From the IMG/VR virus record IMGVR_UViG_3300038679_000166, positions 1 through 45,085 of that record: a stretch of DNA of 45,085 bases, one strand, 5' to 3'. The translations under genes were made by a program, and so were the position numbers. How positions within the stretch are numbered: position 1 is the first letter of the stretch; every line of letters starts with the position of its first letter. Shown here piece after piece: positions 1 to 8,176 of this stretch. Source of the DNA: a virus (lineage: Duplodnaviria; Caudoviricetes). A model generated the notes under the pieces. It ran no database searches. It was not told the origin of the DNA and saw nothing but the letters and a program-made list of their open reading frames with translations.

Positions 1-12
1 CTCCTTGGTATC
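1..12. other. 12-bp terminal repeat, probable cohesive end (cosN), left copy
   Basis: CTCCTTGGTATC is identical to 45062-45073. The circular minus-strand junction reads TACG|GATACCAAGGAG|CGCG, the same flanks as lambda cosN (TACG|GGGCGGCGACCT|CGCG, recalled). Confidence 0.85.
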
Positions 13-34
13 CGTATCGTGCCCAGGCGCTGGA

Positions 35-41
35 AGGACCC
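35..41 (-). promoter_or_regulatory. cosQ-like site GGGTCCT
   Basis: The minus strand reads ACGGGTCCTT, with the 7-mer ending 22 nt before the cohesive end. Lambda cosQ is GGGTCCT at a similar distance. Confidence 0.8.
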
Positions 42-46
42 GTGAA

Positions 47-739
47 TCATTTGATCTTACCCATGTAGTAATCGAGTTGATGTGGGAATTCCTTTTTCCA
101 TTGTTCTTCAATCCTGTGTTTAACTTCTCTCATTATCTTTTTCGATTGGAATAAACCGCCTATGTCTACCGTGTAGAGTTCTTCTATTTTCTGATCTCCT
201 TTGTAGCGCTGCCCTCTACTGGAAATTAATCTGCTTGTTGCTGGCGATATATAGCTACTTCGTTGCTCTCCTGTGCGTACAAATACACCTACGTGCCCTG
301 ATTTCATTACAGCCAGGAATGGTTTATTCCCATACTTTTGACCTACAATTTTTCTACCTCCAAATTGTTTAACTTTAACTGTAACATCACCCCTTTTCTT
401 TTTATTCCTTACAAGATACTTTGAGCTGAACGATCCTGCTCCCGCTCGCATCATTTTAAATCCTTCTTGTCTTGGATCGTAATAGCCCAACGATGTACCC
501 AAACCTCTTGCGGTAATTATTGCGTACATTTGATTACCCTGGGCTTTTACATGAACACGGAGAACATCGTTCACCTTCTTTGCTTTAATATTATATTCAC
601 CTCTGATCATTTCCTTGGCCATCGTTCTGCCTGCACTTGCTGCCTTATTAATAGCTGCATTCGCTGCTTTGCGCACGTTGTTCGGGTCAAACATGCGCAT
701 GGCTTTCTCAACACCTTCCAGCTTGATAGATATTTCCAT
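47..739 (-). CDS. Minor tail protein Z-like (tail completion) protein
   Basis: Basic 230-aa ORF with a gpZ-type pattern (AANAAINKAA..A...IR..YNIK; FLAVMKSGHVGVFVR; IEELY) and a GAGGTG RBS. Confidence 0.65.
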   Translation of the reverse strand: MEISIKLEGVEKAMRMFDPNNVRKAANAAINKAASAGRTMAKEMIRGEYNIKAKKVNDVLRVHVKAQGNQMYAIITARGLGTSLGYYDPRQEGFKMMRAGAGSFSSKYLVRNKKKRGDVTVKVKQFGGRKIVGQKYGNKPFLAVMKSGHVGVFVRTGEQRSSYISPATSRLISSRGQRYKGDQKIEELYTVDIGGLFQSKKIMREVKHRIEEQWKKEFPHQLDYYMGKIK

Positions 740-747
740 TCATCACC

Positions 748-1791
748 TCACGTTGCGCCGGCTATAGCCTGTACGAGTTTTGCCACCCTGGGATCCTGAG
801 GGGGCGGCGCTGTCGTTTTACGCTCTGCCTCCATCTCCGCCCTGGTCACCCTGCGTTCTTCTCCGCTCGGATCCACACGCGTCCAGCTATAGTCCTTGTT
901 CTCATAAAATAGCGCAGTCGGTGCTGCCCTGGGCGCAGCTTCTGCGCCATTGCCGTTCCCTGATGATGCGCTCTCCGCATCCTCCTGGCGGCGCTTGATT
1001 ATTGCCTTGATATAGCCAACATTGTCCTTTTTGCGGGTGGTTGCCTCCAGGATTGCATATCGGAAAATATCCGGGGTCGTTGCTGCTGAGACGCCACTCA
1101 GCTCGCCTAGTAAAGACAGCTCTCTCGCCTGGGAGATGGTTTGTGTCTTGTTTAGACTGGCGACAACGGCGACAAATGCCTGTACGGGGGTCCGCATGTC
1201 AGGACTAAATAGCTCAAGGGCCTTTTTAATCTCAAAGCTGTAATCAACCGAAACCTTCACACGTTTTGGCTTTGAAGGTTTTTCAGGTGGAGAATCGTCT
1301 AAGGGGGGTAGGGGGGGTTCTTTACTTTCATATACTTTACTTTGCGGGTTATTGTCGTCATTAATCCCGTTGAGCGGGGTTTCTGTATGCATTAATTCTT
1401 TTGAATCGGGTTTATGTTGACATAAAGCAGGTTTAACAGGCTTATTTACCTTGCGTCGGGCATACAGAAAATCAAGATCATCAACAAAACACTGACTCCA
1501 AATAATGCCTTCTATAAGCAGTTTTTCGTCAATAATTCCCAATTCAGACAATTTCTGCAGCATACTATCAACAATTTCCCCACTCACGCGGATTTGTGCC
1601 GACAAATATTCTTTATTTCCCTGCTTTCGGAGGTCAAAGATGTGGCCTTCACTATCGCCAAGCATCTCATATAATTTATAAAAGCATGCATAACCATCGT
1701 TGCCCCAGATTGACTCCATTACAAATAAAACTCGACCATGACGACATTGATGGGCAAAATATTCGATGGTTGCTTTTTTAGGGCGCGACAT
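748..1791 (-). CDS. Phage replication initiator (Lin1244/DUF4373-like N-terminus)
   Basis: N-terminus MSRPKKATIEYF..GNDGYACFYKLYEMLG, a low-complexity central linker carrying iterons, a DnaD-like C-terminal YIKAII motif and a GGAGG RBS. Confidence 0.75.
   Translation of the reverse strand: MSRPKKATIEYFAHQCRHGRVLFVMESIWGNDGYACFYKLYEMLGDSEGHIFDLRKQGNKEYLSAQIRVSGEIVDSMLQKLSELGIIDEKLLIEGIIWSQCFVDDLDFLYARRKVNKPVKPALCQHKPDSKELMHTETPLNGINDDNNPQSKVYESKEPPLPPLDDSPPEKPSKPKRVKVSVDYSFEIKKALELFSPDMRTPVQAFVAVVASLNKTQTISQARELSLLGELSGVSAATTPDIFRYAILEATTRKKDNVGYIKAIIKRRQEDAESASSGNGNGAEAAPRAAPTALFYENKDYSWTRVDPSGEERRVTRAEMEAERKTTAPPPQDPRVAKLVQAIAGAT
1346..1430. repeat. Three iteron-like 23-bp repeats (probable origin of replication)
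   Basis: GGGTTATTGTCGTCATTAATCCC (1346), GGGTTTCTGTATGCATTAATTCT (1377) and GGGTTTATGTTGACATAAAGCAG (1408) have an exact 31-bp period, are partly palindromic and lie inside the initiator gene. Confidence 0.7.
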
Positions 1792-1794
1792 ACC

Positions 1795-1975
1795 CCCTCC
1801 GTTCCGTAACTCGTTTCAGGGTGGTATCCAGCCCCCTGGGAATATCTGGACAGAAGAGGGCAAAGGACTGTAATATAAAAGATGGGGAAAATGCAAAGCA
1901 GTTAATATTATTGGTCATTTATTGTATCCTTCCCGTTCCTCGCCGTTCCCGATTCGTACCTGTTCCGTGCCGGGG
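1795..1975. other. Candidate attP region
   Basis: AT-rich spacer directly after the integrase, flanked on both sides by short ACGGAAC/GGAACG-type repeats that resemble arm-type sites. The core was not identified. Confidence 0.4.
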
Positions 1976-3105
1976 CGGGTGCGGATGTGGGTGACGGTGG
2001 CGCGGAGGTTTTGCCGCCCACGGCGGAGCTGGTGGATGTAGCGTTCCGTGGTGGCCACGCTTTTGTGGCGCATGAGCTTCTGGATGTCCCGGATGTCAAC
2101 CCCCGCGTCGTCGAGCTGCGATGCGAAGCTGTGCCGGCTTGCCTCATAGATGGTGAGCAGCGACCCGGAGAATTTCTTCCACCGGTATGCCAGCATGGAG
2201 GGCATAATGGGCTTGCCGTCCAGGTCAAAGAGAAAGGCGGTGGGCAGCTTGCCCGCGGAATATGCGACGACGATGCCCATGGCCGTGTCGGTGAGGGGGA
2301 TCGTGTCGGTTCGCTTCTGCTTGGTCTTCTCGTGGATCCTGTCGCGGGAGAACGTGCGCCGGATCGTCGCCTCGCAGTTGATACGGTCAAAATCCATCAC
2401 CTTGAGGGCGCAGTTCTCGGCGGGTCTCAAACCCGTCTCCATGCCGAAGAGGATCATGTCCTTCCAGGGAAGGGGGATGTCAACAAGGGCCGTGTCCTGC
2501 TCGGTGATCTCCAGGGCCTTGCGCGGCTCTGATTCCTCTCCCTCGATCTCCGGGAAGGGCGGCAGCGATTTCAGTATCTCCCGGTCGTCGCGGACCCACG
2601 CGAGAAAGCTGTGGAGGATGATCTGATGGGCTTGCTTTGATGATTGTTTAACGATTCCCTTTGTTTGCAGATAGTCGTTAAAGTAATCCTTTAACACGGG
2701 GCGCTTGATGTCCCGGATGTCGTATGCGCCGAAAAAGGGGAGCAGGTGTGCCTTGACGGTGGACTGATACGAGGCGAACGTGGCCTGGGCGAACCTGCCT
2801 CTTTCAACGTCGGCCTCTTTGACGGCCAGCCATGCCCAGGCGAGCTCTTCGAAGCGTTTCTTCTTGAGCTTTTCCGGCTGCCAGTCGGACGGGTCAAAGG
2901 TCTTCTCGTCGATGGCGTTCCTTATCGCTTCCAGCATCCTGGAGGCTTTCCGGTAGCCGATCTGGTCGTCGTCTTTGTCCCGGCTCACCTTGTGGTGCTT
3001 GCCGTCAAAATACACAACGATCTTTGCCCGCACGGATCCGCAGTACGCGCACTGTTCCCCTGCCATCGCCTTGCTGCATTTTGCGCAGATAATCGATCCT
3101 TTCAT
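1915..3105 (-). CDS. int: Tyrosine integrase
   Basis: Catalytic motifs GLRPAE (R), KTK (K), YEASRHSF, LMRH and TTERY (Y), plus a SAM-like middle domain. The start is placed at MKGSIIC (3105), which has a GAGGAGG RBS. Confidence 0.9.
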   Translation of the reverse strand: MKGSIICAKCSKAMAGEQCAYCGSVRAKIVVYFDGKHHKVSRDKDDDQIGYRKASRMLEAIRNAIDEKTFDPSDWQPEKLKKKRFEELAWAWLAVKEADVERGRFAQATFASYQSTVKAHLLPFFGAYDIRDIKRPVLKDYFNDYLQTKGIVKQSSKQAHQIILHSFLAWVRDDREILKSLPPFPEIEGEESEPRKALEITEQDTALVDIPLPWKDMILFGMETGLRPAENCALKVMDFDRINCEATIRRTFSRDRIHEKTKQKRTDTIPLTDTAMGIVVAYSAGKLPTAFLFDLDGKPIMPSMLAYRWKKFSGSLLTIYEASRHSFASQLDDAGVDIRDIQKLMRHKSVATTERYIHQLRRGRQNLRATVTHIRTRPGTEQVRIGNGEEREGYNK

Positions 3106-3133
3106 GGTTAGTCCCTCCTCACACGTTTGGGAG

Positions 3134-3162
3134 AGTATACCACGACCAGGCGATAAGGTTAA
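3134..3162 (-). promoter_or_regulatory. Putative integrase promoter
   Basis: Extended -10 TGgTATACT (hexamer 3134-3139) with TTAACC 17 bp upstream. The -35 lies inside a short AAGG-heptamer run at 3154-3180. Confidence 0.5.
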
Positions 3163-3193
3163 AGGTTCAAGGCGCAAGGGTAAGATAGCTCCT

Positions 3194-5008
3194 TTATCCG
3201 TCGCAGCGGGGGCAGATGAGGTGCTCGGTATCGATATCCTGATCCTGCTGCAGTTCTGTGCCGCATTCCAGGCAGAAGCGGATATCGCTTTTCCCGGCGG
3301 CTGCGCACTCTGCGCATTCATCCTCGTCGCCCAGGTCTTTGCCGCAGTATTCGCAGAAGTTGCCCGGTTCGCCGCGGTAAGGTTCCGGCGGCGGTGCTTC
3401 TGAACCAAGATCGAGGATCTCTTTCGGCACCTTGCCGGCCAGGTCGATGCCGCTTTCGAGGACGATTGAGATAAGCTCTGATTTCTTGCACGCCTCGAGG
3501 GTCTTTCTGCCCACAACTTTTTCCCGGTATTCTTTTGCGATGGGGTCGTCCCAGATGCCCAGGTCTGCGCCGATGACGATGATCTCGGCGATGGTCTTGG
3601 CGTCCAGGTACTCTTTCGTGATCCTCCAGTCGCGGGCCAGGTCGATGCCCCAGTGGGCTGCCAGCTTGTCGCGGATCGCCTGGTCTCCGTTCCATTCTAC
3701 CAGGATGCGGGTCGACATCTCCTTGAGGATATTTTCGAGGGTGCCGCCGTCAAGGGTTTCCAGGGTGGCCCAGGCATGGCGGGTGTAGAACTGATAGTTC
3801 GGGGTAGCCTTAGCATACCGTTCCCGGAACATATCGGATGCCAGCCTGCTCGATTCGATCATGGCCGCCACGGCCGTGCGTAGGACGCGGGCATCATCAA
3901 CGGCAACCGACCTGATGATCTCAGGGACGCGGGCGGTATACAACCGTTCCCGGAACTCGCGCCCGTGGTATTCGTGACGCGTGACCGTCTGCCCGGTGCG
4001 GGGGTCTTTCTTTGCGTTTTTCTGCCTCAGCTTCCGCTCGCACGCGGGATCAAGGCATGCCTGCTTTGGATGGCACACAGTCCCGTCGATCTCGATAGCA
4101 GTGACATACTTGTCGCATTCCGCACATTCCGGATAGGGAGTGGTGAGATCAGTACATTTATCCCAGCCGAATGCTCCGCTGTCACGGAACCGGAAGCCGT
4201 TGGTGCCGTATTTCTTCGCCGCCGGCGTGATGTCCCAGTCCGCCGTGAGCCAGTTATTCTGCTCCTTTTTGAAACAGGCCGCGTCAGTGCAGCGGGCCTT
4301 CTTGCCGCCCGGGTCAAACCCGAACAGTTCCTTCTGCACAAAGCTGTTGGAGGCGCACTTTTTGCATATCTTCGTGTCAAACATGGCCTTTTTGAGGTCG
4401 ATCAGGTCACGGTTGATGGTGTCCCGGAGGCGCTTCGTGCTGTAGTTATATGCGACGATCTCACGCGCAAGGTTCTCCATGCGCTTCGCGTCGGAGATCC
4501 GGAAAAGCTCCTCCAGGTGGCTGCATGTCAAATCCCCCTTTTCCCAGGCGGCAAGGACCGCAGCGGGCAGGGCAAGGAGCCTGATCCTGCGGCGGATGTG
4601 CTGGGGCGTGGTGCCGATCCGCTGCGCCAGGTCAGGGATGGCCTTTTCGCTGTGCTTTTTGACCCAGGCCTGGAAGGACCGCGCCTCCTCGAGCTCGGAT
4701 ATGTCCTCGCGCTGCAGGTTCTCGATGGTCATGACGTCAAAGGCCGCCTCGTCGTCCAGGTCCCGGACGATGGCAGGGATCTCCGTGAGGCCCGCCTCTT
4801 TCGACGCCCGATACCGGCGCTCGCCGGCTACCAACTCATAGGTCCCGTTGCCGTCAAGAGAGCGCACAAGAACCGGCTCGATGACGCCCTTTTCCTTGAT
4901 GGACGCCACCAGGTTATTGAATTTCTCCCCCTCGAACAACTTCCGGGGGTTTTGTGCGTTCGGCCTGATCTTATCCAGCGTGATAAACAAAAATGTCTGT
5001 GTATCCAT
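3194..5008 (-). CDS. ParB/RepB/Spo0J-family protein with long Cys-rich C-terminus
   Basis: NPRK..LVASIKEKGVIEPVLVR..LVAGERRYRAS..ENLQREDI, then an HTH and C-terminal CxxC ribbons. The start MDTQ has an AGGAGG RBS. Confidence 0.9.
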   Translation of the reverse strand: MDTQTFLFITLDKIRPNAQNPRKLFEGEKFNNLVASIKEKGVIEPVLVRSLDGNGTYELVAGERRYRASKEAGLTEIPAIVRDLDDEAAFDVMTIENLQREDISELEEARSFQAWVKKHSEKAIPDLAQRIGTTPQHIRRRIRLLALPAAVLAAWEKGDLTCSHLEELFRISDAKRMENLAREIVAYNYSTKRLRDTINRDLIDLKKAMFDTKICKKCASNSFVQKELFGFDPGGKKARCTDAACFKKEQNNWLTADWDITPAAKKYGTNGFRFRDSGAFGWDKCTDLTTPYPECAECDKYVTAIEIDGTVCHPKQACLDPACERKLRQKNAKKDPRTGQTVTRHEYHGREFRERLYTARVPEIIRSVAVDDARVLRTAVAAMIESSRLASDMFRERYAKATPNYQFYTRHAWATLETLDGGTLENILKEMSTRILVEWNGDQAIRDKLAAHWGIDLARDWRITKEYLDAKTIAEIIVIGADLGIWDDPIAKEYREKVVGRKTLEACKKSELISIVLESGIDLAGKVPKEILDLGSEAPPPEPYRGEPGNFCEYCGKDLGDEDECAECAAAGKSDIRFCLECGTELQQDQDIDTEHLICPRCDG

Positions 5009-5009
5009 A

Positions 5010-5204
5010 CTATCCTCCTGTGTGGATCTGCTCATAGGCGAAGAGGGCGGCGGGGACAGTGGCCCAGAATGCGGTGAACACCGTCACCATGCCGTTGTGC
5101 TCTCCGGATGTGAGATACTGCTGGCCCTTTTTGAGGACCAGCTCGCGGCCCGTGGGGTCGACGATCTTCGTGTCTTCAACGCACACGCGGGTGAAGGTTT
5201 TCAT
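5010..5204 (-). CDS. Hypothetical early protein
   Basis: 64-aa ORF tightly coupled to its neighbours. Confidence 0.6.
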   Translation of the reverse strand: MKTFTRVCVEDTKIVDPTGRELVLKKGQQYLTSGEHNGMVTVFTAFWATVPAALFAYEQIHTGG

Positions 5205-5419
5205 TCTGTCTTGTTTCTACCGGCTATAAATGAGCGTGGTATTTTAAAACTGACAACCCACTGTAAGCATCTGATTATGGCGCTTTGGGCTTGGTTCTCA
5301 GCGACGGAATCATTATCTCCTTTACTATAATAATGTTTGTACAGGGTTTCTATTGCAGAAATAATGTCTGCCATACACACCTGCTCGGCCAGTAAATTAG
5401 AATCTTTTATTAATTTCAT
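5201..5419 (-). CDS. Hypothetical protein (AT-rich)
   Basis: ATGA overlaps at both ends and a GAGGAGG RBS. Confidence 0.6.
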   Translation of the reverse strand: MKLIKDSNLLAEQVCMADIISAIETLYKHYYSKGDNDSVAENQAQSAIIRCLQWVVSFKIPRSFIAGRNKTE

Positions 5420-6249
5420 AGGGCCTCCTCGCTGATGCGTTTGATTTCGGACGCGATAGTGCCTAAGAACATCCAGTCGCCGTAGGTGAGTGGTTCCTGA
5501 AGGTTTTTTGCGCTTGCAAATTGGAATTCAGGGCGTAGTCCGTTCACATACTTAAACGTGATATCGGCGGCCCGGTTAAGATATGCCGGGTCATCAGGTT
5601 CATTTATGTCCTCGATGGTAATGGTCTCCAAACGACTCAGCACGGAAAAGGGTGAGATTGCCACGTCGCTTCGCTCCTCGCAATGACATGAGGAGGCTTC
5701 CAAGGTGGGGAGGATTATGCGGTGCAGCTTGCCGTCCTCGCCCATAGCGACGGCGTCGCCGCGCTTCAATACCTCGTCGGTGTCGAAAACGTAGACAAAA
5801 GGGAGAAGAGATTCGCCGGAGCGAAGAGGCTGGGATTGCGACGCTTCGCTCGCAATGACAGGGGAGGAGGGGGGAGGGGCAGCGGCGGACGATAATGCGC
5901 CCTGCCGGGCGAGCTTGCGTTTTCGGCTGTTGTAAGCATCCCGGTAGGGGTTCTTGTCGGGGCCGCCGTATTTTTGGCTGAGATGCCGGTAGCAGAGTCC
6001 CTCGGCGATGGCCCACTTTCCGCAGTCAGGAACCTGGCACCGGTCTTTTCTGTTTTTTTCGGCCGCCGCTTGTCCATAGTGCGCGTGGCATTTGTGATCC
6101 CGGTACGCCATTTTGTCGCATCCCGCCACCGTGCATTTCTTCCGCTCTTTCGGCGCAACGCCGTGTTTCTCCCGATAATGGGTCTGGCAGCGGTGATCCT
6201 TTACCTGGATCCTCGTGCAGCCCTCGACAACGCAAAGTCTGTGGGACAT
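5416..6249 (-). CDS. Protein with three tandem C-x4-C-x9-C-x2-H zinc-binding repeats; open in frame upstream to 6534
   Basis: CVVEGC..CQTH, CTVAGC..CHAH and CQVPDC..CYRH. AAGGAGG RBS before MSHRL (6249). Contains two in-frame REP-like inserts. Confidence 0.6.
   Translation of the reverse strand: MSHRLCVVEGCTRIQVKDHRCQTHYREKHGVAPKERKKCTVAGCDKMAYRDHKCHAHYGQAAAEKNRKDRCQVPDCGKWAIAEGLCYRHLSQKYGGPDKNPYRDAYNSRKRKLARQGALSSAAAPPPSSPVIASEASQSQPLRSGESLLPFVYVFDTDEVLKRGDAVAMGEDGKLHRIILPTLEASSCHCEERSDVAISPFSVLSRLETITIEDINEPDDPAYLNRAADITFKYVNGLRPEFQFASAKNLQEPLTYGDWMFLGTIASEIKRISEEAL
5656..5859 (-). repeat. Two REP-like GTCATTGCGAG...GCAATC palindromes (5656-5687, 5834-5859), in frame
   Basis: They translate as CHCEERSDVAI and VIASEASQS within the CDS. 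Confidence 0.85.
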
Positions 6250-6280
6250 ACTTCCTCCTTTGTCGGAAGCAGGTGACCGG

Positions 6281-6422
6281 TCCAAGGTACAAGGTACAAG
6301 GGGCAACGGGCGAGGTACAAGGTTCAAGGTGCAAGGTACAAGGTTTAGACCTTTCACCTTTCTCCTTTCACCTTCTTCCTTTTGCCTTTCACCTTTTTCC
6401 TTTAACCTTTCATCTTTCGCCT
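6281..6422. repeat. AAGG-heptamer hairpin element
   Basis: NNCAAGG arm, centre AGGTTTAGACCT (6341), CCTTTNN arm. Confidence 0.9.
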
Positions 6423-6552
6423 GCTCTTCAAATTTGTTCCTCCCGCACATGCCGCAGTGATAGCCGAGAATGGTGTGGGTGCGGGGATCGTATTCCTCAA
6501 TAACGTAACAGCTACCGCAATGTGAGCAGGTCATGGCAATCTCCGGTTGTCA

Positions 6553-6660
6553 TGAAGGATTATGGGGTAAGGATTAAGGGGTAGAAAAGCAGGATTGCCA
6601 CGTCGCTTTGCTCCTCGCAATGACAGGCTTTTTAATCCATAATCCATAATCCTTACCCCT
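6553..6660. repeat. Composite element: GGATTA arm, REP (6593-6624), TAATCCA arm
   Basis: A near-copy lies at 33103-33245 (shared GCAATGACAGGCTTTTTAATCCATAA). Confidence 0.85.
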
Positions 6661-7000
6661 CACATGTACGGTAGTTCGGTCCGTGGAAAATGACGACGGG
6701 TCGTCCGCCGTTGAGCTTTGTGATCCGCCCGGTCATGGCAACGTTGCGGCGGCGGAGCTCCTGGTCAAAGAGGTACCAGCAGCGGCTGTATTTTATGCCC
6801 TGCTCTGCCAGGGCCCGCATGATCTGGATGATGTGGTAGGGGTCCATGTCCAGGACACGCTCGTGCTCTCCGTTGTGTTTCTCCCATGAATAAACGGGCT
6901 TGCCGTATTCGTTCAGGCGGAACTTGAGCTGCCGTTCCGGGTTCACGGTAAACGTGGGGCGGATGCCCTTGGGAGCAGGAGTGAAGTGCTTCACCGGCAT
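6653..7000 (-). CDS. Hypothetical early protein
   Basis: The start MPVKH has a GGAGG RBS. The upstream in-frame extension is only translated GAGAGGG repeat. Confidence 0.6.
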   Translation of the reverse strand: MPVKHFTPAPKGIRPTFTVNPERQLKFRLNEYGKPVYSWEKHNGEHERVLDMDPYHIIQIMRALAEQGIKYSRCWYLFDQELRRRNVAMTGRITKLNGGRPVVIFHGPNYRTCEG

Positions 7001-7014
7001 AATGCCTCCGGTGC

Positions 7015-7112
7015 AGAGGGGAGAGGGGAGAGGGGAGAGGGGAGAGGGGAGCAAAAGCCTTTATCTTCCATCTTCCGAGGCTGCGAAGCAGCCGGTCTTC
7101 CATCTTCCATCC
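7015..7112. repeat. (GAGAGGG)n arm plus (ATCTTCC)n arm with an internal GGCTGCGAAGCAGCC hairpin
   Basis: Tandem heptamers read directly. Related ATCTTCC arms occur at about 17420-17450 and 17530-17578. Confidence 0.8.
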
Positions 7113-7118
7113 GCCTTA

Positions 7119-7265
7119 TCATATCGTCACGCTCACGTTCAGAACCGCAGCGGCGGTCCAGTACACGGCACGCCGCCAGTCTCCCTGCCACGCGCAGATA
7201 ATGGCTGCGCCGAGGGAGAGGGCGATGATGATAGAGGGGAAGATGTGGGCAGCGTTCAGACGCAT
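7119..7265 (-). CDS. Small membrane protein (48 aa, not in ORF track)
   Basis: MRLNAAHIFPSIIIALSLGAAIICAWQGDWRRAVYWTAAAVLNVSVTI, coupled to the upstream gene by TGATG. Confidence 0.6.
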   Translation of the reverse strand: MRLNAAHIFPSIIIALSLGAAIICAWQGDWRRAVYWTAAAVLNVSVTI

Positions 7266-7639
7266 CAAAACCCCCATCCAAGCCCGATGTTGGCATTATT
7301 CAGGACGCACCCGAGCTTGACCGCGGCGGTGAGCGCTATGAACCCCTTGCGCCAGTCATGGGGCAGGGCGTTGGCGATTACGGGCTGTATGATCAGCCAC
7401 ACACCCATGAAGATGTTGACTTTTCCTTCTGACGGGTGCCTGCCCAAAAGGGGGTTGCGCTCGGTGTATTCCGCGGGGTTGCGGGCGATCTTCAGGGTCT
7501 GCGACCAGTCCACCATGTGCAGGGTAAGGGCCGCCGTCTCCAGGGCAATCTCGGTCTTGTCCCACCTGGCCGTCTGGCAGGATGGAAGCGAGAGAAGCAT
7601 CGCTGCGGCGAAAAGAACAATGCAAAGGTGTCGTATCAT
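7265..7639 (-). CDS. Exported or membrane protein
   Basis: Signal-like N-terminus MIRHLCIVLFAAAMLLSLPSC, DWSQT..E.NPLLG motif, hydrophobic C-terminus and a GGAGG RBS. Confidence 0.6.
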   Translation of the reverse strand: MIRHLCIVLFAAAMLLSLPSCQTARWDKTEIALETAALTLHMVDWSQTLKIARNPAEYTERNPLLGRHPSEGKVNIFMGVWLIIQPVIANALPHDWRKGFIALTAAVKLGCVLNNANIGLGWGF

Positions 7640-7725
7640 GGCTTCCGCCTCCAGAAAATAAGGATAGGGACGCAGATAACAACAACCAGCACAAAAACGG
7701 CGTATATCATGACAATATCGTTCAT
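7636..7725 (-). CDS. 29-aa single-TM peptide (not in ORF track)
   Basis: MNDIVMIYAVFVLVVVICVPILIFWRRKP, with ATGA overlaps at both ends. Confidence 0.5.
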   Translation of the reverse strand: MNDIVMIYAVFVLVVVICVPILIFWRRKP

Positions 7726-7955
7726 CTGCCTGCCCGGTCGGCATAGTGCTCGGCAAGGGCGCGTTCATGGAGCCACGTGCGATACCCGGCGGTCTTCTTG
7801 AGGTCGCGGAGATCCTGCTCGGCGAGGATACCGTAGAAGAAGCCAAGCGTGATTACGGCTACGCATGCGATCATGAGGAGGCCGCCCTTCAAGTTTTGAG
7901 TTAAATGCCTTTTCCAACTAAGAACTAAAAACTTAAAGCTAAAAACTGGTTTCAT
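7722..7955 (-). CDS. Small membrane protein with an in-frame AACTAAA-type heptamer insert at its N-terminus
   Basis: ATGA-coupled start, repeat at about 7890-7950, one TM segment. Confidence 0.5.
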   Translation of the reverse strand: MKPVFSFKFLVLSWKRHLTQNLKGGLLMIACVAVITLGFFYGILAEQDLRDLKKTAGYRTWLHERALAEHYADRAGR

Positions 7956-8176
7956 ACTTTCACCTCGTTAGGACAGCCAGCACACTTGTCCGGCGTCCGC
8001 ACTGATTGCGCCAGGCACGCCGAATGGCTCAGCCTGGTTTTTGTTATCCTGCATTCGCGCTCCATATTGGCGTAGTTGTCGGGCTTGCGGGTAAAGAGCG
8101 GCCCATTATCGGGCTTCGCCGCGTTCCCGGATGACGGCCAGTGTTTGGAAGGGCGGGAGGATGGCCGCCGCTTCAT
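7952..8176 (-). CDS. Hypothetical Cys-containing protein
   Basis: The start MKRRP has a TGGAG RBS and an ATGA overlap. C..C..CAGC motif. Confidence 0.5.
   Translation of the reverse strand: MKRRPSSRPSKHWPSSGNAAKPDNGPLFTRKPDNYANMERECRITKTRLSHSACLAQSVRTPDKCAGCPNEVKV

Noticed and set aside
1860-1915. dif-like or tRNA-derived att core
   Set aside because: No convincing XerD arm or tRNA 3' end. No tRNA gene was recognised anywhere in the window.
3106-3516. 533-aa integrase as given in the ORF track
   Set aside because: The extension overlaps ParB in another frame. A promoter and strong RBS point to a start at 3105.
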